Notes: generated by a model not told the origin, from the letters alone. A stretch of DNA of 64,000 bases from Octopus sinensis (GCF_006345805.1 NC_043000.1:38874001-38938000), one strand, 5' to 3'. Shown: positions 1-13,915, counted from the stretch's first letter. Made by a program: numbers and translations.

Positions 1-330
1 ATATATATATATATATACACCGTTGATAGGCCAGCTCCTGCAATAGTTGTCCTGAGATACCATCCATTATGAACTTGCTGTGTTGTAAACATGATAAATA
101 TCATAGAGAGAGACAAAAGTTCGTACCAACAGGGGTCACCTAGAGCGTGAGATGCACTTTGGCCTTTTGGGGCCTTTTCAAGGGCGTCTACTCGAAGCCA
201 GCCACATACTTTGCATTCTGGAAAAATGAATGAAACAATTGCTGACGTTGCAAATAACCTCTCGTAGTGGCGGCGTTTACTTTATGCTGTTTTTTTTTTG
301 AGGGGGGGGGGGGTAATATTAATTTTTTTT

Positions 331-519
331 TATTGCCCACACAGGGCTAAACATAGAGGGGACAAACAAAGACAGACAAAGGGATTAAGTCGATTTCATC
401 AACCCCAGTACGTAACTGGTACTTATTTAGTCGACCCCCGAAAAGATGAAAGCAAAGTCGACCTCGGCGGTATTTGAACTCAGACCGTAACGGCAGCCGA
501 AATACCGCTGAGCATTTTT
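331..519 (-). mobile_element. tRNA-derived SINE, family A, 5'-truncated
   Basis: Reverse complement matches the copy at 22858-23088 (gagttcaaat B-box region, gtcgactttgc..ttcatc central domain, gtttgtcccctct..gggcaata tail). Confidence 0.85.
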
Positions 520-1469
520 AATATCGCTTATAGAGAACGTAACGAGTACAATATTTCTGCTTTGTTTTTGCTTAATGTTTGAAGAATTACTGAAAAATGC
601 AATGCCTTTTTTGCACAGGGATCCTCAATTTTCGCATTCCCAGACACATCAACAATTTTCGAAACTACTTTCTTTTCGTTTTCTGAGGGTTTTCTTCATT
701 TATTTTTATTGTACCACCGAACTTCAAGATTTAAAGAATATTTGATTGTTCTCATCGAAGGAACAACCAGCCGATTATTCCACTTAGCAACAGTTTCCTG
801 TTACATGTTAAAATTTCTTACAATCCTTACCTTTCGGGTTAGGGTTCGGGTTAAGGTTACCCTTTAGTAAAGGGTTTATATTTTCGACAATATGATTCTC
901 CATATCATAATAAGTTTTGCTTGATGCATAACGTTATATTTTACGCAGGATTCACTTTTTAAAAAATAATTAAGCATTCTCAAGAGGAAATCTTTGAGTT
1001 TAATTTATTCCGCATGACACTGAGTAAATGGACTCTTTGTTGAATATGTGTGTGGGGGTGATGCATTTGTAAGATCTGAATTCAATAGAAGGAGTTATTG
1101 ATATTGTGGTTCAATAAAATAACGGCCTTCCTTTGTCGGGAAACTTGTGATGGTTTCGCCATACTTGTTGCTACTTGTCTCATTCTATAGGTATGAAATA
1201 GAGCGTTTATAGTATATGCATTTATATATGTAACCATGGCTGTCAGCGAATGGATGAATCCCAGAGATATGTGTATGTGCGTATGCGTGTACGTGTGAGA
1301 GTGCGTTTGCGTACATAGATGCGTGTATCAATTAATACATGTAGTTGTGTTTGTATTCTTGTAAACATGGGCGTGTTTTGATAGACAGAGAGAGAGAGAG
1401 AGAGAGAGAAAGTTAGGTAGGTAGGTACGTAGAAAGACAGATAGAGAGATAGAGAGAGAGATTGAAAGA

Positions 1470-1470
1470 G

Positions 1471-1530
<60 letters not shown>

Positions 1531-1531
1531 C

Positions 1532-1567
<36 letters not shown>

Positions 1568-1568
1568 T

Positions 1569-1646
<78 letters not shown>

Positions 1647-1683
1647 TGATAGATAGATAAAGAGAGAGAAATAGAGAGATAGG

Positions 1684-1746
<63 letters not shown>

Positions 1747-1747
1747 G

Positions 1748-1819
<72 letters not shown>

Positions 1820-1820
1820 C
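1470..1820. repeat. (GATA)n microsatellite
   Basis: About 350 bp of near-perfect atag repeats. Confidence 0.98.
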
Positions 1821-1938
1821 CTGGATAGGGTTGGTTATCGATGTGTTACCAATGGAGCACTTAGCCTTAACTTCTAGCTAACTCTCTCTGGAGGTAAAAT
1901 TGGGAAGTATACTGGTGCAGAAATTCCCGGTACATTCG

Positions 1939-2275
1939 GAGACCCCCTTCGGTCACGAATGAACATGGGATTGCACCTAGAAAGTAACCCTCCCAGGCAC
2001 AAGTCCGGGCAAAGTTGTTTTATGGAAGACCAGCAGTCGCCCATGCATACTGGCCTCCCCTCTCCATGCCAACAGTGTTAACCAAGGGAAAGGCAAAGGC
2101 CGATACAGCTTGGCACCAGTGACGTCGCAACTCATTTCTACAGCTGAGTGAACTGGAGCAACGTGAAATAAAGTGACTTACTCAAGAACACAACACGCAG
2201 CCCGGTCCGGGATTCGAACTCACAAATTCACGGTTGTAAGCTCGGCGCTCTAACCACTGAGCCATGCGCCTTCAC
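1939..2275 (-). mobile_element. tRNA-derived SINE with CORE-like domain and its own 3' tail
   Basis: Minus strand: A box tggctcagtgg, B box gttcgaatcc, then gtgttcttgagtaagtcacttt (CORE-like). The tail differs from that of the 4175-4502 copy. Confidence 0.8.
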
Positions 2276-2537
2276 TTCCGGTAATAAAACCGATGTGTGA
2301 GTGTTGCGAAGTGAAACATTTCTTTGTAGAAAGGGAACTATATAGAGAGGCACAGAGAGAGAGGGAGGGTGAGAGTGAGTGAAGATAGAAAGAGTGGCTC
2401 CTATTATGATTGCCAATAAATGCAGGGTAAATATTGTGTCAAATAATATTTCTGTGCCTGGCTCTGTATGTATATGTATCGATGGTATCCATGCATATTT
2501 ATGTGCGTGCATAAGTAGTTATGTTTGTGTGCATATA

Positions 2538-2573
<36 letters not shown>

Positions 2574-3620
2574 TGTATGTATGTATGTATGTATGTATGT
2601 ATAATTTTATTTAATAGTCTATGAATTACCAATACTTCTTACAATTACTTCTCGTTCAATTCAGATAAATATTTACTTCAAATTTAAGTACAAATCTAGT
2701 AAGTCAGTTACCTCAATGGTCAGCTGGTACTTGTTTCATCGACTGCAAAACGATAAAGGGCAAAGTCGATTTCGAGGTGATTTGAACTCAGATCGTTAGG
2801 ACAAACGAAATGTCGCTGAGCATTTGACCTCGCGTTACTTACGATTCTGCCAGCTTAGACAAATATTGTCCTCAGTCATTTGATCTTATATGTATATCTT
2901 ATCACATTTAATGTCATAATTACTAGATTTTTCCCGAAGTTATTGTTCATTGTTTTCACATTAATTCCTGGCTTTCAACAATGAAAGTTTTAAATAATGT
3001 TTTGTTTTCATTTTCTGACTTAACATTAAGAAAAAATAGCTTTAAAGAATTTGTCAAGCAAAGAAGAGAAAACATTTTGTAAACTGTAGCTTGAGTAAAA
3101 TGGAATTTCTTATTAAACTGTCTCTTTGTTTGATGTCTGTCAATATTGTTTACATCAAATAGCATATATCGAAGCTAATGCAGTGTGTGTGTTTGTGTCC
3201 GTGTGTATATATATGTGTGTGTGTGTGTGTTGTGTGTGTGTGTGTGTGTATGTTTCAAAGTACAGCCGTCACCTTCAAGTGACTTTTACTTGCTAATATG
3301 TACTATACTGAGAAGTACATTCTTATGTCGTCGGGAAATAACATAGACATCTTTCTTTTTGTCCACAACCCTCTACCTACGATGTGCCAGACGGTAGGAG
3401 GTGGACAGGGGACAGCAACAACACTCGGCTGAAACCTATTTCAATCAGGAAAACCGAATTACAGCAAAAACAAAATAAAACATCTGGCTCAAGAAAAGAA
3501 CGCACCCCAGGATACAGTAACCGAACGCAGATCCTTCTTATTTGAGACCATCTCCTTCACCATGAACTCTCGCGCTTTCATACACACATCACTGGACGGT
3601 ACACACACGCACACACAGAC

Positions 3621-3659
<39 letters not shown>

Positions 3660-3662
<3 letters not shown>

Positions 3663-3870
3663 TAATCCAAACAAGAAAACACAGAAAAAAACACAGCAAC
3701 GCGAGGACATGGAACAATTAAAGTATTATTTGACGCTCAGGATAGAAGGGAAGGAGGGTTTAACGTTTCGAGCGGAGCTCTTCGTCGGAAACAAGGAGCA
3801 GGAAAGATCCCGAGAAGGGAAGACAGAGGAAAAAAACTACTTTTGCTGGTGGTGCTCAAGAGATCACATG
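3660..3870 (-). mobile_element. Penelope-like terminal (pLTR) remnant with minimal hammerhead-like motif at 3758-3792
   Basis: Flanked by (TA)n. Minus strand reads gttt-CCGACGA-a-gagc(tcc)gctc-GAAA-cg-tt-aaac. Confidence 0.55.
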
Positions 3871-3911
3871 TATATATATATATATAATATATATATATAT
3901 ATATTTCTTTA

Positions 3912-4130
3912 CTACCAACAAGGGGCTAAACACAGAGGGGACAAACAAAGACAAACAAAGGGATTAAGTAGATTACATTGACCCCACTGCGAAACTGATG
4001 CTTTATTTATCGAAAGGATGAAAGGCAAAGTCGACCTCGGCGGAATTTGAACTCAGAACGTGACGACAGGCGAAATACGGCTACGCATTTCGCCTGGCGC
4101 GCTAACGTTTCTGCCAGCTCGCCGCCTTCA
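3912..4130 (-). mobile_element. tRNA-derived SINE family A, near full length with small internal deletion
   Basis: Minus strand starts ggcggcgagctggcagaaacgttagc and matches 22858-23088. Confidence 0.85.
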
Positions 4131-4174
4131 TGTATGTGTGTGTGTGTGTGTGTGTGTGCACATACATATTTAAA

Positions 4175-4502
4175 GGAGCTCTCCGTCTCGGTTACGACGA
4201 CGAGTGTCCCAGCTGATCCGATCAACGGAACAGCTTGCTCGTGAAATTACCATGCAAGTGGCTGAGCACTCCACAGACACGTGTATCCTTAACGTAGTTC
4301 TCAGGGAGATTTAGCATCATACAAAGTGTGACAAGGCTGACCCTTTGAAATACAGGTACTGCTCATTTTTGATAACTGAGTAGACGAGAGCAATGTGAAA
4401 TAGAGTGTCTCGCTCAAGGACACAACGCGTCGCCAGGAATTGAAATCCCGACTTTACGGTCCGAAGCCGAATGCCCTAGCCACTAAGCCACGCGCCTTCA
4501 CA
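4175..4502 (-). mobile_element. tRNA-derived CORE-like SINE family C
   Basis: Head gaaggcgcgtggcttagtgg, CORE-like gtgtccttgagcgagacact, tail ctgttccgttgatcggatcagctgggacactcgtcgtcgtaacc. Homologous to 62453-62758. Confidence 0.85.
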
Positions 4503-5917
4503 CACTCACACATATATATGTACACACACATATGCTTTTATGCGCATGAGTGTGTGTGATCGTTTTAATTTGCTGCACCAAAATTTGTAACGTCTGTTGC
4601 CAAAAATAAATGGAATAAGAAAAACAAGATACAATGAAATATCGTCTGCAGTTTCACTAAAACGTTGCCACTGAAAAGCTAATGTTGTTTCTTCGAAGTT
4701 TCTGGAAATGTTTTAAAAGAAAACTGATTTAGCTCCCCATTTGTTTCAGAAATACCATTCAAGACAGACATAAAAAAAAATTATGAGACATTGAAATAGA
4801 GAAAACAGAGAAAAAAGAAAGGAGAGAGAGACAGAGACAGAGACAGAGACTAACAGACAGACAGGTAGACAGACAGAGGGTGAATGAGAAAGAAAGTTTG
4901 TTTAAAAGATTAAAAATAGCAAAAACGGTAACAGAATGCAAAGAGCAAATAAAAGATAAAATAAAATTAGAATGTCGGAAATTTATTGAAACAGTTAACT
5001 ATTTGGTGTGGAGCTCTCTCTTTCTCTCCTTCTCTCTCTCTCTCTCTCTCTCTCTTAGTTTCTCTCTCTCACTCTCTTTCTTTCTTTCTCTTTTTCTCTC
5101 CGGTGAACTCTAGCGTAAAGAGTCATGTGATTTTTGTTACGACTACAATACTCTCAGCAAGTTCTGACATGAATGGAGTCATGCAACATTCGTATCAATA
5201 TTATCAATGATGAGTGGTGGACTAGAAATCAAAGATTAGATAAGGAAAATGGTCAGCGTAAGTTTTGAAATGTTGGGAGCGCTGTAGCGTGGAATTAGGT
5301 TCCTGCTCTGTCCATGACCATGCTTCCATTCTCGGCAAAATGTCTGTTACTTCACTAATAACAACATCGTTATCTTTCCTTTCTTAATCTGTAGCAATGG
5401 GTACTCTAGCGTGTTAGTATTCAGTCGGATAGCTGAGTCACTCACACATTACTGATTCAACATTACTGACAAATCGTAAAGGAGGCGATTATTTTCTCGT
5501 TGAATTCGGCAATAACATCAAGATGAAGTACTATCAACCGACCTCTTTGGACTCTTGTTTATTAAACGAAATACTATAAGTTTTGGTAACTGAAGGAGCT
5601 CTTAATAGCTGTTGCACTTTCTCGTTTCATCATAAATTTGACAGTGTGTAAGTGGATACGGAATTATAATTCACTTGTTCAGATGTCGTTGAGTAGAAAC
5701 GAGAATACGAAGCGTGGTTATCGAACAATAATCTCTTTATCTTTATTTATCTCCATTTATCTCTGTTTATCTTTATATCGATCAGGGTATTAGCTCAGTG
5801 ACTGACTCGATGTATTTACACCTATTTGTCTACAGCAAGATATTTTCTCCCTGACAAAATGCAGTGAATTACTTTCTTGCGGGTTCGAAGAAGCCTCAAC
5901 ATGTAGAAGTTCCGCAA

Positions 5918-6082
5918 GGCCGTGAGCTGGCAGAATCGTTAGAACACCGGGCGAAATTCTTAGTGGTATTACTTCTGACCTTACGGCCTAAATTCAAATT
6001 CTGTTGTGGTCTACTTTTAATTTCATTCTTTCGGGGTCAACAAAACAAGTACCAGTTGACTGGGCTCGATGTAATAGACTAA
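5918..6082 (+). mobile_element. SINE family A, degenerate
   Basis: ggccgtgagctggcagaatcgttag ... ctttcggggtc ... aagtaccagttgactgggctcgatgtaat. Confidence 0.75.
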
Positions 6083-6129
6083 CGACTAAGAGTATAAAAA
6101 GTGTACACTTGTGCCAAAGCCATGCTCAG

Positions 6130-7620
6130 CCAGTGTGGCACAGGAGACTCATCAAACCAGTATAATCTCAATCTCAAATTCATGGCCTCCACATCAGACT
6201 ATGTTTGATGTAGAGAACATGCAAAGGTCTTCGTCTTGCTATGGACTGAACATGAGCAATCCAGTACGTAGCTGGTAACAATTCTTTACCAGATTTCTTT
6301 GACTGCGATCTCCTCTTCCATTTACACCTGGATTGTGTGACTTTGTTGTCTACCCACTGTCTTCCAAGTTTTCCGAGGAGTCTTTCTTTTTTCAATCTCT
6401 TGAGTACCACTCAATGACTGCACGGCTCCATCTGTTATCTGTAAACATAGTAACGTGTCTGATGTAGCAGAATTTCTGCTTTCAGTATTCTGCTATCACA
6501 TCGTTCGCTCCAGTTTGTTCTCAAATTTCGTTGTTTGGGATATGCTCTCGCTGTGATATTCTTTGCGTGGATCTTTCTATGTTTCTCTTTGACATAACCA
6601 GTTGCTGCTTGGAAGTAGCCTACCTTTGCATATAAGAGACTGATCGAGCTACTAAGACAAATATCTTGCCGTTGACATCTAACGTGGCAGAATTACAAAC
6701 TTTGGAAAATTCTTAATTTTTGATTCAAAATGTATCGAGACAGGTGCTATAAAAAGAAAACTACAACACCTATTAAATCGTCATTTAATCGTTTTCGAAG
6801 TAGTCACTCTCTGAAGCCACGCACTTTATTCACCATCATTTCAGTTGATGGAAGCATTCCTGGAAATCCTTTTTGGGGATTACAAGCTGCTGCCTCGTCG
6901 CATTTTTTGGATTTCTTCGACGTTTTGTAATTTAGTTGGGGTTTTCGACTGCGAATACAGCCTTGGTTTCGAAGTTTATAGCCACAGACTCAATATTCAG
7001 CAACAGTTATGACCGCTTCAAAACGTGTTCGCCTTCCTCTATACAATCAGGTAGATCGTGGGTTTGTGGCAGACCCAATTTTCGACACGATCCCACTCGA
7101 CTCACTTTACTTCCAAGCAATCCCATAAGCAACAGAAGTGAGCAAGAACGTTGTAACTTAGGGAGCATGCGCGACAGAGTTGAGGGTCAACTTTGAGCCA
7201 AGCGGCTTTACTCTGCATGCTGAAGCTCCGTTACCATAGCAACAGTCCTGATATCCGTATATCACATATCCTATATCTTCTTTAATAGCATAGAATATAA
7301 TACCATCTACTGACTGGCAAGGACTCTCAATAATGCACAACAACCACCGACTTAGATACACTGTATGTTTCTTCTAAGCGCGACCTCTCCTGCGAGAGCA
7401 TGCATTCTACTGAACTACCAAATTTTATACACATCCATCTAATTGTAATCGCTTCAAGCGCATCCAGACTGTTTGCTGTCTTCTTGTTTTCGTCTTGTCT
7501 GTAATATTAGGTCCTTTAAGCTTTCTGTCAATCGACATCTTTGAAAGTGTACCCCCACCCACTTCTTTCATTCCTTTTGTAATCCCTTATGCTACAATGG
7601 CTTCAGGCCTTGTTTCAGAC
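6130..7620 (-). mobile_element. Highly decayed RTE-clade LINE remnant
   Basis: Broken frames give DNRWSRAVIEWY (RTE C-terminal NRW..V.EW.P motif) near 6400-6440 and an ETRR-like AP-endonuclease start near 7480. Many stops and frameshifts. Confidence 0.5.
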
Positions 7621-7762
7621 AAAGCTATACAAAAATAAAATAAAATAAAATAAAACCCTATAACCCTTGAAATATTCTAACTGAAAGTCAACTCTTTCGA
7701 TCTAATCAATGTATGAAAGCATGCAACGATTTCACATATGGAACACACTGCTGCTGCTGCTG

Positions 7763-7828
<66 letters not shown>

Positions 7829-7849
7829 TTAATGGTGATAGTAGTAGTA

Positions 7850-7898
<49 letters not shown>

Positions 7899-10078
7899 AT
7901 AATTAAAAAGAAAGAATTATCAATGCAGGCATTTACGATGACTAATGTAATTTCTATGATACGTGTAAAGTATTTATCAGTAATATAGAATAGCTTGCAT
8001 CACTAAGTTGACAAAAGTGACAAAAGAACTATTGATTAATTCATATTTCAAATCTATAATTCTATAAAGGTTTAAGGGGGTGATCCATAATTCCCTCGAT
8101 TCCCATAAAATATACACCCCTAACACCGTTGATTAGTTGACATAGCAAAATCACATGATAAAGTGTTATAATATTTCAGCGATAAATGAACTGGTAATGG
8201 CAGTGTTAATTGCGTTGCTTTATCAGATGAAGAGTCGTGGTTGGATGGTTTTAGAAAGGCAATGAAATATTTCTGCTCCATTGATATTGCAGCATATTGA
8301 GAAACTAAAGAGAAAGACTCTGTGATTCTGCATAAACTACAGTCGTAGTTCGAGCGCTGTGTGAACAAGCGCATGTATGTTATATAGCGGTAGCTGCTGA
8401 GGATTTGTCAGACACACGTATTCATCATCTATCTGTCCTTCTCTATCATTATTTACCTGGCTATCTGTCTATCTATCGACCTATCTTGTCGCACAGTGGA
8501 CACATTTTTTTGGCGTTTATTGGGGTGATTTCACCTGATTTCGTAAAGGTGACTTTACAGCTGTTCTGCATTCGACAAGAATAAACAAATGCAAGGATAG
8601 ATACTTATATATACGCATGTGCGTACATGCATGCGCACACGTGTGTTTGTGAATGTGTGTATGTGTGAGTGTGCGTGAGTGGGTGTGTGTGCGTGAGCGT
8701 GCGTGTGTGTATAAATTTAAATCACAATATATGGATTTAAGTAATCTGGTAGTACTCATAAAAAGCTCATTAATGTTTTATTCCACAAAACGTATAGAAT
8801 ATATAGTATGATACAGCCATGTCGGTGATTTATTGTTTATTAAACATAATAGTATAAATTCTTTACATGTTTTCAAGTTACAAAACAATTTGTCATGATA
8901 TTAGAATTTTCTTATTATTAAATACAATTTCATCTCACTTACTCTAGGCAAATATCGAAGAAAGAGAATGGGGACTCTACATTCTACTCTACAACGCTAC
9001 ATTGCTGGATTAATACTCTTTATTTGCAGATTAACAAGGCTGCCATTACTTTCATGTCAAGAGATCTATACAACTGTTCAAACGTGCTGCTGTCATACCA
9101 TTCGAAATGGAGATGAATAACAATACTTCCATGTGGCACGCCTGAACAATTGTGAACATCGTTTCACATGAAACTATTGGTAGCTATTTTAACCCACAAA
9201 TAAATTACATACATACACACACACACACATACACACACACACATACACGCACACACATATGTATATACATACATAAATGCGTATGTATGTGTGCGTTCAA
9301 GTACGTACTCATTTGTATGTGTACGTATAAAAGTAGCTTTTCGTAGTCGCATTTGTTATATAAGAAAATACCTCAATAGACAGGGCGTCTCTGGAATATA
9401 CATTTTTCATACGAATACAATTAACATAAGTTATCACAAATGCGAATTATTCGAAAACCATCTTAAGTCCTGGATTTCAACGTAGTTTAGCTATGATACC
9501 GGGAAATATGAAAAGTAAGAAGTTAAGAGAAAAATCATTTATTTAACACTTAACTTTCAATTATAGTTATGATATGAGATATCATTTGCAGCATGCGTCT
9601 ATATAAAGTTATTTTCTTTATAAAAGATATTTCCTATTGTTTTCAAGGAGTCTGACGAAAAATGTATCTCTAGAGAGGAATGCCGAAGTAGATACTGTTT
9701 ATAGACATTCTTGATATATTGAATGGTGTATTATCAACTTGGAAACTTAAAAGCTTTTCAGATCACCTCTATGACCTAAGACTTAAGTCTCTTGACCCTA
9801 TTTATAAGACTGTCGTTTGAAATACAATAGGTTTTGGCAGTTTCCCATTAAATATTGTCAACCGAAAGCGATATTACCATTAAAAGAGATTTGTACGGGC
9901 TTATCAATTGAGATTAATATCTTAATGCATATCAGAATATGGATACTGCTGGTAGTAATACATACTATGGTAGAGATACTAACGCACGGCATCTCCCTCT
10001 GCCTCTCTATCTAACACACACATATATAACATACCATGTATGTATGTATGTATGTATGCGTGTATGGAAATATGTATG

Positions 10079-10112
<34 letters not shown>

Positions 10113-10484
10113 GCATATACACACACACACACACACACGCACATATATATATATATATATATGCATATACACACACACACACACACATACGCATATATAT
10201 ATATATAATAGAAATTGGTTTCAAAGAGAAAAAGAAACCATACGTGGTAGATATATAGGGAAAGTAAGAAGAAAAAAGCGGAAATGCACATTGGATATTA
10301 AAATAATAAAGGCTTTTTTTATGAAAAGTAGCGATAAATATATACAATTAGATGAACTGAGGTCGAATTAAGAGGAATAAAAGTCACTATTATGAATTGT
10401 TAAAGGGATTCAAAGTCATGCTGGTTTCATCAATTGCTGTTCACTGGCTTATATATATATATGTATGTATATATATGACGGACT

Positions 10485-10765
10485 CTCCTATCGAAGACGA
10501 CGTATGAACGTTCGGCGTTTTTCGAACGGGCTGCACAAGTGATTTGTTTATAGTGATCAAATAATCGTGCCGCACATTAGCTCACTCTCTCCATCAAATC
10601 GACGTTGTCTGAGCAGGAGCACGGTGTGCCACGCGTCAGGTGCCGAAGTGATCGCGTAGCAACGTGAGATGAAGTGTTTTGCTCAAGAACACAACGCACC
10701 ATCCGGTCTAGGAATTGAAACCACGATCTCCCGATCGTGAATGCAACTCCCTTACCAAAAGGTCA
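10485..10765 (-). mobile_element. CORE-like tRNA SINE with a further distinct tail
   Basis: Minus strand gtttcaattcctagaccgg..gcgttgtgttcttgagcaaaacacttcatctcacgttgct. Confidence 0.65.
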
Positions 10766-11086
10766 TATGTTAATATCGAACTGTGAGAATGAGTGCACAA
10801 CACCACATTGGTGGATAAGTATTCCTTATTTGTTGGGAGAGACGTTTTTGACAGTTATTCGAATCTGTAACTTGGAGCGTTGCTGTTCGTCTCCGAGTTA
10901 CAGACTTGAATAAATGTTGAGAGATACCTCACCCAATATGAAACCAAAGGTTCCTGGTGATTAGTTGATGAGAGAATCGAAGTTGTGAGGGTTGTGATAA
11001 AAGTGAGAGAAGGCGTGCAGTGGCGGTGGGGGGATAGAAAAACGCATGAAAAACGATGTAGGAGATGAGAAAATAGAATAGGCAGA

Positions 11087-11656
11087 AGTTCAGAGGAAAA
11101 GTTACAAAGTCGATAAAACGTTGAAAAATTAATGAGTGGTGAAGGATAAAAAATGTAGGTATAATATCCGAAAAAGGGTTGAGCGTGAAAGTATATGTAA
11201 AAAGACAGAGAGAAGAGGAAGAGAATGACTTTGAAATAGAAAAAAGCACGAGGAGGGAATTTTGCAAAACGGAGAATTGCAAAAGAGGATAAAAAGTTAT
11301 GTACAAATGGGTTCTATAAAAACTGTAGAGAGAAAAAAACGTTATTTTACATAAAACTGGTGTAGTTCAGAGGGAAAGTTACAAAGTCGATAAAACGTTG
11401 AAAAATTAATGAGTGGTGAAGGATAAAAAATGTAGGTATAATATCCGAAAAAGGGTTGAGCGTGAAAGTATATGTAAAAAGACAGAGAGAAGAGGAAGAG
11501 AATGACTTTGAAATAGAAAAAAGCACGAGGAGGGAATTTTGCAAAACGGAGAATTGCAAAAGAGGATAAAAAGTTATGTACAAATGGGTTCTATAAAAAC
11601 TGTAGAGAGAAAAAAACGTTATTTTACATAAAACTGGTGTAGTTCAGAGGGAAAGT
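11087..11656. repeat. 277-bp tandem duplication (two near-identical units plus the start of a third)
   Basis: agttcagagg unit starts at 11087, 11364 and 11641. The ORF track shows the same peptide offset by 277. Confidence 0.95.
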
Positions 11657-11890
11657 GAAAGTCAATAAAAAGAGTGAAAGTAAAAAAGGTTGGACGTGAA
11701 AGAATGCGTAAAATTATTTCAAAAGACACAGACGAGAATTTCGGATTGAAAATATGCAGATATGCAGCACGTAGAAGTTGCGGCAGGGAAACTGCAGAGA
11801 TGATTATAAAAATCCATATAACAAGGAATGTTATTAAAAAAAAAGGATACATGTACATACATACATACATACATACATACATACATACAT

Positions 11891-11923
<33 letters not shown>

Positions 11924-11999
11924 TACATACACACACACATACATACATATATATATATATACATGGGATAATTGCTGTGAAGCATTGTGTAGAATAGTG

Positions 12000-12345
12000 G
12001 GCATGCGTGGAAAGGTGTTGCTATAGCAACCAGCTAGATTCCTGTAACCCTTTTCTATTGTCTACATTTGGCTTTCTTTGGTGTATGAGAATGGCCTCAG
12101 AGATTCTAAAGTTGCCCCTGTTCCACAGTGTTGCCATTTGTGCACTTTGAATTCGCTGCCTGGTCTGGCATTTCCGTAGATGTTTCCTCGTGGAAGTGTC
12201 AGCCTGCAGGTGGTACTTTATGTGTATATGAAGTTTTCTTGTTATGCTATCGATGTAAGATGCGCCACATTTGCCCCAGATGATCTCGTATACAACATAG
12301 GTCCTCTGGCACAATTCACGTTCGATAATGTGCACTTCTAGGAGT
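12000..12345 (-). mobile_element. Penelope-like element GIY-YIG endonuclease remnant
   Basis: ORF 12021-12335 YVVYEIIWGKCGASYIDSITRKLHIHIKYHL...LRKC...RISEAILIHQRKPNVDNR fits the PLE pattern VVY.I.C..C...YIG.T.R.L..R..EH ... E...I....P.lN. Key G and R residues are mutated. Confidence 0.8.
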
Positions 12346-12699
12346 GCACTCTGGGGCCATCCTCATACACCAAACGAAACCAAATATCAAAAACAGAAGA
12401 GAGTTATAGGAAACTTGCTGGTTACTATCGCAGCACCTTTCCGCGCATGCCCACGCCACACACGCTCACACACACGCGCATCGTTAAAATTCGTTAATTT
12501 CTTGAAAATGGAGTCATAACCCCAAAATATTTTGCTTGTGAGGAAAAGGTCACAATTAAAAGCAGTAAAACTATGATTTAAATTATTTCAAATTATTTGA
12601 TGACTGAGCAAAGATTAGACTCGTGAATGCGTCTGTTTCAAATTTGCAATGTACTTAACGACACTAAATGTATATATATACGCACACACACACACACAC

Positions 12700-12740
<41 letters not shown>

Positions 12741-13091
12741 TTTGGGGTGTCATCATGTAACAATCAGACTAATGACTAAGAAACTCATAGCCTTACACAC
12801 TTAAGGTCCAGGTACATCAAAAGGGAATTTTTCATTGAGAAAGTGATTGGCAATTGATATTTTTAAATTTTAAATTAATTTATCTCCGCCTAAATAAATA
12901 TAAAACATCTCTTTCCTTTTTTTCTTCGATTGCCTGAGAAAATGTTGAAACCTGAGACTAAACGTCACCATCATTGTTCACCGCTGTAACATCCCTTCTT
13001 ACTCATATACGGATACAGAGTCACATTACAAGTATTTTAAAATATATGTGGACTTTATAGACACCCTATATATATATTGTGTGTATGTATA

Positions 13092-13152
<61 letters not shown>

Positions 13153-13214
13153 GTCATCTGTCTGTCTGTCTCTCTCTCTATCTCTCTCTATATATATATA
13201 TATATATGATGTGC

Positions 13215-13552
13215 CATACTAATACACACACCAACTAATACATACTAATACGTACTAATACATACTAGTACATACTAATACATACACCAACCCTATACAT
13301 ACACACGTCCAGACCCCGCATACGCACTTATACTCTCTCATACACACACACACTTATACATACCAATACGTACTAATACATACTAATACATACTAATACA
13401 TACACCAACCCCATACATACGCACGTCCAGACCAATCCTACGCACTAATACTCTCTCATACACACACACACACACACACACACACCCTTATACATACTAA
13501 TACATACACCAACCCTATACATACACACATCCAGACCCCTCCTACGCACTAT
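13215..13552. repeat. Compound minisatellite: catactaata units within three larger imperfect units
   Basis: catacaccaaccc.atacatac.cac.tccagacc...cgcact occurs three times. Confidence 0.85.
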
Positions 13553-13840
13553 TAGCTGGTCCCTCGACCATTTTATCAACCCTATTATCTCCCCTTATTT
13601 CGCTCTCGCGTCTCATGTTTGATCTTTGACCTCTGGCCGAAATCAGATCGCCATGTTGATTCGTTAGCTACTGCACGCATTTTTTTTCTCTCCTTCTTTC
13701 TGTGTTTTTCTCTCTCTGTGTATCTTTCTGTTGAAGAGCGTAGACTTGTTTTATTTATATTTCCTGAGCGCCATACTAATACATTGTTCGTTTGTTTTCC
13801 ACTTGCCTTCGTCTTTTGTTTATTTTCATAAAGCTTCCCG

Positions 13841-13915
<75 letters not shown>

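Noticed and set aside
530-800. About 90-codon minus-strand frame interrupted by a single TGA (readthrough or selenocysteine idea)
   Set aside because: No recognisable homology or SECIS-like structure; compatible with chance.
831-862. Telomere-like gggttagggttcgggttaaggtt
   Set aside because: Only about four degenerate units, too short to call an interstitial telomere.
2190-2275. tRNA-like sequence with A and B boxes (also at other SINE heads)
   Set aside because: No complete acceptor stem, and it continues into SINE body; these are SINE heads, not tRNA genes.
9648-9700. CTGACGA ... GAAG hammerhead-like string
   Set aside because: GAAA is altered and helices I and II do not pair.
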